DNA of 64,000 nucleotides from Candidatus Poribacteria bacterium (GTDB lineage Bacteria; Poribacteria; WGA-4E; PCPOR2b): NCBI GenBank assembly GCA_965208675.1, contig OZ242351.1, positions 2,464,001 to 2,528,000 of the forward strand, read 5' to 3'. Shown piece by piece: positions 56,200 to 64,000 of this stretch (position 1 is its first letter; each line of letters starts with the position of its first letter). The notes under the pieces were generated by a model. It saw only the letters and a program-made list of their open reading frames with translations, ran no database searches and was not told where the DNA came from. The position numbers and the translations under genes were made by a program.

Positions 56200-58713
56200 A
56201 TGCTATGGAGGCCAAGCCGTTCTGAAAGTACGCCAACCGTTGCCGAAAGGGAGGCGATGATGGAACAACTCACGAAACGGCGCGAAAAAGGGTTTGAACT
56301 CAGCGAACGATTTCTGCGCACCTACCCCGAAAGCGATAAGCGCGATGAGGCATGGATGTATAAGATTCAAGGTCTATCGAGGCTCCGAAGGCAAGAGGAA
56401 GCCAAAACTGAAATCGAAATCTTCCTGAAAACTTTTCCCGAATCGAAATACGCCTTTGACATACGGTCATTCAAGATCGGTTATTTTGAACAGGAGGGGA
56501 AATACAAGGAGGCGATCGCCGAACTAGACACAATTGATGACTCGGCAGCTCTGCCGCAAGTGTATGAAGAGAAGGCAAGGCTTTACTCAATGATGAACGA
56601 ATGGGAGAAGGCTGCCGAAAACCGCCTCTTCGCCGCAGAATTAACATTGGGCATACCCGCGCCTGATTTCAACCTGAAGGACATCAATGGCGAAACCGTC
56701 TCACTCAAGGACTACCGCGGCAAGGTCGTCTTGCTGGACTTCTGGGCAACGTGGTGCGGACCGTGCATCGGGGAGCTTCCGAAGCTGAAAGCGCTTTATG
56801 AAAGGCACAAGGACAACCCCGATTTCGTACTAATCAGTATCAGTTCGGATGTCAATGACGAAACTGTGGCAAAGTTCGTCGCAAATAATGAAATGCCGTG
56901 GATTCACATTCGCGAGATCGAGGAGATACAAGAAAATTTCAATGTGAGAGGCATTCCACACTACACAGTGATTGACAAGAGTGGGATGGTACGCGAAAAC
57001 GACCTGCGCGGCGGCATCGAGATTAACGCGGTCGTTTCCTCACTGCTTGCCGAATCACCGGACGCACTGAATCAGACGAACAACGCCAAAATACACAAGT
57101 TGCGGGGGGACGTACACCTAAGACGCGGAAAAAAGGAGAATGCGATTGCGGAATATGAGCAAGCCTTTGGGATTCAATCGAATGATATTGAACTCATCAT
57201 GACGCTCATAAATCTGTACAGAGAGGACCAAAGCGAAAAAGCGTTAACACTTTACGACCGGGCTTTGGCGCAACTCGTTGAGGCAAACCAGTCCAAAACG
57301 GAAGCGGAATTCCGATTAGCCGATGCTGCCTTTGACCTTTCCGGATTCTATGGCGAACAAGGCGACGCCGAAAAATGCTGGCAGGCTTTTGAGATAGCAA
57401 TGGAAAATGACACGAGTGGACGGTTAGCGAAGCAGGCAAAGCGAATGCCGGGGGCGTTCTCCGCAATCAACGACAGATCAGCGTTCAAAGCGTTGACGGA
57501 AGCCGCTCCTGAGACGAAAGCTGATAGACGGCACGATGAGATGAATCGCAAGAGGTCCGCATTTCGTAATGAGCGAATGGAATCCCGGAAATCCTGTGTA
57601 CTTATCGAAGCTGACGGGGTTACATTCATGGGCGTAATACTAAATTCAACGGGGTTGCTACTTGTTCCCGACATTGTCGCCGATGCCACATCCATCCGGG
57701 CGAAAGTTACTGATTATTTTGCCGCGCAGGTTATCGCTAGAGATTCAAAGGCGAGACTAGCTGTTCTAAAAGTCGAAGGCGTGAAGTACCTGCGGCCTGT
57801 CGAGATGGGAACAGTTGATGATTTGAAGGAATACGCGCCGTTTGGCTACACAACCGCGGACGGCCGCCCGTGGAGAACGTACCCTACAATCGCGCAGATT
57901 ACCGCCCGCGATCAATGGCGACAAAGCCACGGTGCGCAAATTACCGTAAACGGCGGTGTAAGCGTCCACACGCTCGAAGTTGACGGGGCAGGAAACATCA
58001 CCTCCTTGCAAATCGGCGGGTTAGGCACATCGGCGCTGAGCGATGCGTATGTTGACTACGACGGCAGCTTGCTTGGGTTTTGTGTTGATGATGAGGTCGT
58101 CTACAAACCGCTAGCAAATAACTTTCCCGGCCCGAAACATAACGTCCTGACAATCGATCAGATTCAAGCCAGCCTCGCAAGGATGGGTGTGGCAAATCTG
58201 ATTGGAATCGAGCGGGTACCAATGCCCGACATACCGTTCTTTTACTTTGTGGAGGCAGAGCACTTTACTCGGCTTGACGGCGAAAAACGGTGGGACGTAT
58301 TCGTCAAGCGTAACGATGAATCCGCGTCAGGCGGAGAATATCTTGTTGCGCGGCACGGTGATAAGCAGTCAACGTGGCTGGTATACAAGGTTGACATTAC
58401 TGACGATGGCGACTACGCGATTTGGCTGCGAACACTCTCTCACGACGGAAAAAGCGACTCTTTCTTCGTGGCAACCGATGTTGAACCGAATCTTCTCGCC
58501 TGCGACGCCACAAATTACGGGCAGTGGGGGTGGGTGCCGGCGATAGACCGCAATTCGATTCGAATGGTCAGCGCACTATACCTCACCAAAGGAAAACACG
58601 AAATCCGCATCTACGTGCGCGAGGCGAGGACCCAGTTGGATGCTATCTATCTGACTAACAACCTCCGCTTGACCGCTAGCGAGGTCGATGAACAGTTCAA
58701 TGATTCAGAGTGA
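56200..58713 (+). CDS. TPR + TlpA-like redoxin + degenerate trypsin-like + beta-sandwich protein; in-frame continuation of the M56 gene
   Basis: VVLLDFWATWCGPC; TPR-like helices; AQVIARDSKARLAVLKV; VEAEHF...GKHEIRIYVRE...LDAIYLT; same frame as 55018..56187. Confidence 0.8.
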   Translation: MLWRPSRSESTPTVAEREAMMEQLTKRREKGFELSERFLRTYPESDKRDEAWMYKIQGLSRLRRQEEAKTEIEIFLKTFPESKYAFDIRSFKIGYFEQEGKYKEAIAELDTIDDSAALPQVYEEKARLYSMMNEWEKAAENRLFAAELTLGIPAPDFNLKDINGETVSLKDYRGKVVLLDFWATWCGPCIGELPKLKALYERHKDNPDFVLISISSDVNDETVAKFVANNEMPWIHIREIEEIQENFNVRGIPHYTVIDKSGMVRENDLRGGIEINAVVSSLLAESPDALNQTNNAKIHKLRGDVHLRRGKKENAIAEYEQAFGIQSNDIELIMTLINLYREDQSEKALTLYDRALAQLVEANQSKTEAEFRLADAAFDLSGFYGEQGDAEKCWQAFEIAMENDTSGRLAKQAKRMPGAFSAINDRSAFKALTEAAPETKADRRHDEMNRKRSAFRNERMESRKSCVLIEADGVTFMGVILNSTGLLLVPDIVADATSIRAKVTDYFAAQVIARDSKARLAVLKVEGVKYLRPVEMGTVDDLKEYAPFGYTTADGRPWRTYPTIAQITARDQWRQSHGAQITVNGGVSVHTLEVDGAGNITSLQIGGLGTSALSDAYVDYDGSLLGFCVDDEVVYKPLANNFPGPKHNVLTIDQIQASLARMGVANLIGIERVPMPDIPFFYFVEAEHFTRLDGEKRWDVFVKRNDESASGGEYLVARHGDKQSTWLVYKVDITDDGDYAIWLRTLSHDGKSDSFFVATDVEPNLLACDATNYGQWGWVPAIDRNSIRMVSALYLTKGKHEIRIYVREARTQLDAIYLTNNLRLTASEVDEQFNDSE

Positions 58714-58801
58714 ACTCAAGCAATTACTTAAAATTGCTCGTTGATAAGGTTAATCGTTTAACACCCGGTTTAAAATCCGACGCGATTTTTTTCGTAAGCA
58801 T

Positions 58802-58843
58802 AAAAAAGGCAGGGCGCATGTTTTTCTGCCCCCTGCCTGCTTT
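58802..58843. terminator. Terminator between convergent genes
   Basis: A6-GGCAGGG...CCCTGCCT stem. Confidence 0.55.
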
Positions 58844-58879
58844 ATCTTCCGCGCTCAGTTGCTTGTTGCGCCTGCGCAA

Positions 58880-59761
58880 CTACGCCATCCCAATAATCTC
58901 TCTCGCTTCATCAGGCGACGCGATTTCTCTGCCAATTTCACGCGCCATGCGGACGGCTTTCTCCACGAGATGTGCGTTCGATTTTGCATATGTACCGTCT
59001 TCCAAATAGGGGCAGTCTTCCATGCCGACACGGACATTCCCTCCGAGAATGATAGCCTGATTGACGATTTGCCAGTAGACCGGCGGATCCATGCAACTCA
59101 TGTTCCAATTCACCCGAGGCGGCAGATTGTTGACGAGGTACAGCATGGCTTCAGCCTTCGGCGGTGTCCACGAACCGCCGGGCCAACTGATGAACAGCGT
59201 CACCCAGAGCGGATCCGGCAGCAGCCCCTCATCTTCGCGCAGTTTTTGAATGTTCCAGAATGCGCCCGTATGGAACGCCTCAATCTCCAGCTTGACACTG
59301 TGCTCGTTTGCCAGCCGGGCGTACTCTTTGAGTTCCGAGACTGGGTGAACCGCATAAATTTCATTCGGGGGGTAGGCTGGATTAGGATGAAAATACTCGT
59401 CGTGCGAGTTAAATGCAATGGCGCTCATGTCAGCGTTGATTGTATCCCACAGCTCTACCTTGTGCTCCAAACGCATGCTGGCTAACCCAAGCTGAACAAT
59501 CGGGTTGCCGCCGCCAGCCCGCATTCCGTCCACAATCTCGACCCACCCTTCAATGATGGGCAGTTGCAGCTTTCTGCCATCCGGCTGAATCTCCGGGTCG
59601 GTGGTATATGATCCGTGTGTGTGAGCGATAGCGGCGCCGGCACTGATGGATCGCACATACTCCGCAGCAACGGCTTTGGTATCGCTCGGTTTTGGACCGT
59701 AGGGATTGCCGGGATACGAGAGATCCGAGTCGCAGGTGACAGTGATGATAAGTTTTTCCAA
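58880..59761 (-). CDS. 3-keto-5-aminohexanoate cleavage enzyme family (BKACE/DUF849)
   Basis: KLIITV, AGAAIAHTH, EIEAFHTG, GGNVRVGMED, NAHLVEKAV...REIASPDEAREIIG. Confidence 0.9.
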   Translation of the reverse strand: MEKLIITVTCDSDLSYPGNPYGPKPSDTKAVAAEYVRSISAGAAIAHTHGSYTTDPEIQPDGRKLQLPIIEGWVEIVDGMRAGGGNPIVQLGLASMRLEHKVELWDTINADMSAIAFNSHDEYFHPNPAYPPNEIYAVHPVSELKEYARLANEHSVKLEIEAFHTGAFWNIQKLREDEGLLPDPLWVTLFISWPGGSWTPPKAEAMLYLVNNLPPRVNWNMSCMDPPVYWQIVNQAIILGGNVRVGMEDCPYLEDGTYAKSNAHLVEKAVRMAREIGREIASPDEAREIIGMA

Positions 59762-60107
59762 TTTGCTATTCCTTTCTGGTAATGAATATTTACAACGACT
59801 TCTTCTTTAGTTAAGCAGAATGAGGATGGCGCAAGTTCAATAAGAGTTGAGTATCAGACCGTGAGGAAGACAAATTGCACCATTCTCGTTTTCATTATAC
59901 CACATTCACGCCTAATCTTCCACATTGTGTACAGTAGCGCTTTAGTTTTCGGGCTAGCGGCGAACACGGCATCATCGCCTAAACCAACCTGCCGCTCAAT
60001 TTTGTTTGACTTTTCAAGGAATCGTGCTATACTTTGCGGCAAGATTAGCGTGGTCAAGGCTGTTTGTCGAAATCCTAAATGGAGCACTGATTATAGAGAG
60101 AAATACG

Positions 60108-60818
60108 ATGGAAATCAACGAGGTTAAAAACCGGTTGGCGGACGAAGGATACTGTATCTTGGAAAACCTGATATCGCCCGAAGAGGCTGAGCAGTTGGAT
60201 AGTCTAGTACGCCCAATGATGGATCCGATGGGAAACGACTACATCAGTCTGGAGGGTTCGCTCAATCATTTTCCGGAACTCGCGCAGCTATGCATTCATC
60301 CCTTAATTCTCGACATCGCCGAATCGGTACTTGGGGAAGGCTTTATAATCGCAAATAACGTCGCAATGAAATGGTGTAAGCCCGGAACTCCGCAACACGG
60401 ACTACACGCCGACTGGCCGACAAGCGGCGCCTTGCGCGCTGGACCTGGTTCTCCAATTCCGCCCTGGAACGGGCTTCAGGTCTTTTGGATGCTCACAGAC
60501 GGCACCCCGGAAAACGGCGCAACACGGATAGTGCCTTTCAGTCACCATACGCAGCGCGCACCGAGCCGAGAGAGTTATCCGCAGGAAATCCCGGTGACCG
60601 GCAAAAAAGGGTCGGCGTTTGTTTACCACAACGGACTCTGGCATCGGACTGGCGCAAACACGACCACCGACCAGCACCGCATGTTCGCAAACATATATTA
60701 CATGCCCATGTCGGTACACCGCCCGGCTGCGACGTGGCCCCTAGTCAAGCGTGAAATTTATGAAACCTTCCCGCCGCGCTTGCAGGAATTGTTGGTGCAC
60801 TCAGTCGAAGCAGTGTGA
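60108..60818 (+). CDS. Phytanoyl-CoA dioxygenase (PhyH) family protein
   Basis: EGYCILENLI, LHAD, ENGATRIVPFSH, LWHRTGAN...R. Confidence 0.9.
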   Translation: MEINEVKNRLADEGYCILENLISPEEAEQLDSLVRPMMDPMGNDYISLEGSLNHFPELAQLCIHPLILDIAESVLGEGFIIANNVAMKWCKPGTPQHGLHADWPTSGALRAGPGSPIPPWNGLQVFWMLTDGTPENGATRIVPFSHHTQRAPSRESYPQEIPVTGKKGSAFVYHNGLWHRTGANTTTDQHRMFANIYYMPMSVHRPAATWPLVKREIYETFPPRLQELLVHSVEAV

Positions 60819-61119
60819 CCCCCTAAGTAAGTCGGGGTGGTCTCCTACGACAATTGCGAAGCAACCGTGAAGCCCCGCATTTTGCCGTCTACAAAAACCT
60901 CTCCATTTTTAATACCATTCCAGACATTCCCCAATGGGAAACACACACCTTTCGTTTGTAAGATTGTCCGACTGTTCGAGTTTACACCGAACAAACTGAG
61001 GGACACAATCTTTAGGAGATTAGGGAAAAATTAGTTTTATTTCAATCCGTGTTTAACACGCGGTTTCGGTGAAATTAACAAAGCCGTGATTGTTGCCGCC
61101 TTGCAATGGAGCGATTCTC

Positions 61120-62088
61120 GTGGAATATGTAAATTTCGGGAAAGCCGGAGTGAAAGTCAGTCCATTGGCGCTCGGCCTCGGATTCAGGAGGCAATCCGAT
61201 CCAATCGCTGCCGAAAGGGTCGTTGAACATGCCATCAATTTAGGCATCAACTTCATTGACTGCGCGAACGTTTATAGCGTAGGAACCAATCAGGACGGCA
61301 TAGTCTACGCAGAAACTGTGCTGGGTAAAGCCCTTCGGGGAAAACGGGACGATGTCGTAATAACCACAAAGGCAGCCAGTTCAGTTGGGGCGGGACCGAA
61401 TGATGCGGGGTCGTCAAGGTACCATATCATGCGTGAGGTTGACCGGTCGCTCAAGCGTCTGAACACCGATCACATAGACGTCTACTTGGTTCACGTATTT
61501 GATGAATCGACGCGGCTTGAGGAAACCATTCGCGCATTGGACGATTTAGTTCGCGCCGGCAAGGTCCGCTACATCGGCTGCTGCAATTACGAGGACTCGT
61601 GGCGCATCTGCAAGGCGTTATGGATTGCGGATACAATCAATGCCACGCCGTATATGTGTATCCAGAATCAATATAGCCTGCTGAATCGCAGCCTTGAGCG
61701 CGAAATTTTCGGGCTAGTGCGTGAGGAGGAGTTGGGTGTTATGGTGTACAGTCCGTTGGGAGTAGGGCTTCTCAGCGGTGTAAATTCGCCAGAACCGTAT
61801 CCGCCTGAAGCGCTGTGGGCGAACCGCAATCCGCGATTGGAACACGGCAGGTCAATTCAAGAAGCAGTAAATTCCGTTATTTCCTCCGTAAAACAACTCG
61901 CCGGAGAGCTGGGCAAGACACCGGCGCAGTTGGGATTGGCATGGGTGCTCTCGCACCCGGAGATTACCGCCGCCATTATCGGCTGCGACACGATGGATCA
62001 GGTTACAGAGAATGTTGGCGCGCTTGGGTGGACGCTCGATGATTCAGTACGCGAAAAACTAGACGAGGTTTCGGCGCCGTTGACGTAA
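61120..62088 (+). CDS. Aldo/keto reductase
   Basis: GVKVSPLALG, DCANVY, SLKRLNTDHIDVY, GKVRYIG, YSPLG.GLL; GTG start after GGAG. Confidence 0.93.
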   Translation: MEYVNFGKAGVKVSPLALGLGFRRQSDPIAAERVVEHAINLGINFIDCANVYSVGTNQDGIVYAETVLGKALRGKRDDVVITTKAASSVGAGPNDAGSSRYHIMREVDRSLKRLNTDHIDVYLVHVFDESTRLEETIRALDDLVRAGKVRYIGCCNYEDSWRICKALWIADTINATPYMCIQNQYSLLNRSLEREIFGLVREEELGVMVYSPLGVGLLSGVNSPEPYPPEALWANRNPRLEHGRSIQEAVNSVISSVKQLAGELGKTPAQLGLAWVLSHPEITAAIIGCDTMDQVTENVGALGWTLDDSVREKLDEVSAPLT

Positions 62089-62156
62089 GCCAAACGAATT
62101 CACTTCAGGGAATGCCAACCTGAACAGGAAGAAACTAAAAGCCTTTGGATAACGAG

Positions 62157-64000
62157 ATGGAAACAGAGAGAGAATTAATTCAAAAGCGGTTCATAGCGGT
62201 CAGTGGGATGAGCTGCGCTGCGTGTGTGGCGCGGGTCGAGAAAGCCCTGAATTCCGTTCCGGGCGTGTCGACCGCAAGCGTCAACTTCGGCACGGAACAA
62301 GCGGCGGTCCAGTATGACGAATCGGTTGTCGATTTTGAAACGCTCAAGACGGCAATTCGCGACGCGGGGTATACTGCGAAGGACGTTCCGCAAACGCGGG
62401 AGACGCGATTGGCTGCGAGAACACAAGCGCATGGGCGCGAGTTGTCTCAATTAAAATGGAAGATTTTCGCGGCTGCGCTCGTTTCTGCCATCGCCATGTC
62501 GTTAATGTTCTACCATCCAACCGCCCATGCCGCGGTGCGCCTGAAACTCGTCCTCCTCTTTGCTTTAACAACACCGATTCAGTTTTGGTGCGGCTGGCAG
62601 TTCCACAAAGGGGCTTATGCGGCGTTGCGGCATTTTTCGGCGGATATGAATGTGTTAATCAGCGTTGGCACTTTTGCCGCGTATATCTATAGCGCCGCCG
62701 TGTCAGCGGTATCTCTTTTTTCACCGCAGCCGAACCCGGCTAACTACTATGAAACAGCAGCCATGATAATCACCTTGATTCTCGTCGGTAAATTTATTGA
62801 AACTAGGGCAAAAGGGCGAACTTCAGAAGCCATCACCAAGCTAATCGGGCTTCAGCCAAAGAATGCGCACGTTCTACAGGACGGACGAGAAATTGAGACA
62901 GCCATTGAGAATGTTCAGATTGGAACTCGGGTTGTAATCCGTCCCGGTGAGAAGATTGCCGTTGATGGGGTTGTTTGCGAAGGCAAATCGAACATTAATG
63001 AGTCAATGTTGACAGGTGAAAGTATGTTAGTTCCCAAAACTGTTGGGGATGCTGTCATTGGCGGAACCATCAACGGGTCTGGGAATTTAATTTATGAGGC
63101 AACGAGGATTGGGGCTGACACCGTTTTGGCGCAGATTATCCGGCGCGTTGAAGAGGCGCAAAACTCCAAAGCTCCTGTGCAGCGGTTAGCGGATGTAATC
63201 GCCGGGATTTTTGTTCCGATCGTCATCGGGATTGCGGCGTTTACTTTTGTTATGTGGTTGGCCTTCGGCTCCGGTTTCACGATGGCGCTGCAGAATTTCA
63301 TCGCGGTCATGATTATTGCGTGCCCATGTTCGCTGGGGTTAGCCACGCCTACAGCAATTGTTGCCGGGATGGGGCGCGGCGCGGAGTTGGGCATCTTAAT
63401 CAAAAGCGGTGAAAGCCTTGAGATGGCGCACCGCATTTCTACGGTTGTGTTCGACAAAACTGGAACTTTGACACAGGGAACTCCAACGGTGACCGACATC
63501 ATTACGTTTGAAGATTACCCGGAATCAGAACTGTTGTCAATCGTTGCTATACTAGAGTCTAGATCGGAACACCCGCTAGCTGACGCGATCATTCGCGCCT
63601 GTAGCGATCGCGGGATACCGGTTCAACCGATTGGGGAAAACGGAGCGGTGGAGATACAACAGTTTGAAGCGGTTAGCGGTCATGGCGTTCGTGCAACTGT
63701 AGGAAATAACGACGTTTGTGTAGGCAGCCGCCGATTCATGGAGAAGAGCGGCATGGTGTTGCGCACGCACGATTTTGAGATTGAAGCGAAATTCTTCGAA
63801 GAAGGCAAAACCCAGATCTGGGTCGGTATTGACGGGCGAATTGTTGGACTCATGGCTATCGCGGACGCTTTAAAACCGACCTCCGAAAAAGCTGTGGACG
63901 CTTTGCACCAGTTCGGGCTTGAAACGGTTATGTTGACAGGCGACATTGAGACGGCTGCACGGGCGATCGCCCACCGCGCCGGCATTGTTCAATTTGTGGC
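62157..64000 (+). CDS. copA: Copper-type P1B ATPase, cut by the window edge; not in the ORF track
   Basis: GMSCAAC HMA motif, TGES, CPC (63321), DKTGT (63453), SEHP, MLTGD; CPC and DKTGT checked in frame with ATG 62157. Confidence 0.92.
   Translation, partial: METERELIQKRFIAVSGMSCAACVARVEKALNSVPGVSTASVNFGTEQAAVQYDESVVDFETLKTAIRDAGYTAKDVPQTRETRLAARTQAHGRELSQLKWKIFAAALVSAIAMSLMFYHPTAHAAVRLKLVLLFALTTPIQFWCGWQFHKGAYAALRHFSADMNVLISVGTFAAYIYSAAVSAVSLFSPQPNPANYYETAAMIITLILVGKFIETRAKGRTSEAITKLIGLQPKNAHVLQDGREIETAIENVQIGTRVVIRPGEKIAVDGVVCEGKSNINESMLTGESMLVPKTVGDAVIGGTINGSGNLIYEATRIGADTVLAQIIRRVEEAQNSKAPVQRLADVIAGIFVPIVIGIAAFTFVMWLAFGSGFTMALQNFIAVMIIACPCSLGLATPTAIVAGMGRGAELGILIKSGESLEMAHRISTVVFDKTGTLTQGTPTVTDIITFEDYPESELLSIVAILESRSEHPLADAIIRACSDRGIPVQPIGENGAVEIQQFEAVSGHGVRATVGNNDVCVGSRRFMEKSGMVLRTHDFEIEAKFFEEGKTQIWVGIDGRIVGLMAIADALKPTSEKAVDALHQFGLETVMLTGDIETAARAIAHRAGIVQFV

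Noticed and set aside
479-63985. Numerous short or antisense ORFs in the track (e.g. 5755..6342, 8608..9198, 17566..18156, 22365..23006, 34102..34674, 58859..59485, 63092..63502)
   Set aside because: They overlap well-supported genes on another frame or strand and have no recognisable motifs; treated as shadow ORFs.

Overview
Bacterial chromosomal window from a diderm, lipid A-making organism. The gene content (PhyH dioxygenase, DUF1549/DUF1553 plus DUF1501, lpxC-fabZ fusion, PD40 propellers ending in KLxTTWGxVK) is suggestive of Candidatus Poribacteria; this is inference, not a database result. Layout: (1) 1-17.9 kb, all minus strand: a secretin/PilMN-like/PilO-like module, then a sigma54 promoter with three palindromic activator-type sites, followed by an RHS locus. 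The locus holds a secreted CBM-like protein, a 1651-aa signal-peptide RHS protein with an inserted LamG domain and HExxH tip, a HEAT+Ig protein, a signal-peptide 'mini-RHS' HExxH protein, two Ig-like lipoproteins, a transglutaminase-like protein, and a second RHS gene running off the left edge that shares 700 identical bp with the first. (2) 18.8-35.2 kb, housekeeping: tsaD, tsaC, moeB-like, an Rdx-family selenoprotein absent from the ORF track, lpxI/lpxA/lpxC-fabZ, mltG, ruvX, clpB. (3) About 35.4-45.4 kb: an AT-richer island with phage-like small genes, candidate antisense-RNA cassettes, a ClpP-class protease and an AlwI-family R-M system whose D12 methylase is fused to RadC. (4) 45.7-64 kb: DUF1549/DUF1501, tandem TolB-like propellers sharing a promoter/operator with a blaI-blaR-like pair (the blaR-like gene is split by one in-frame TAG), BKACE, PhyH, an aldo/keto reductase and a copA-type ATPase cut by the right edge. 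All domain calls come from motif recognition by eye; no searches were run.
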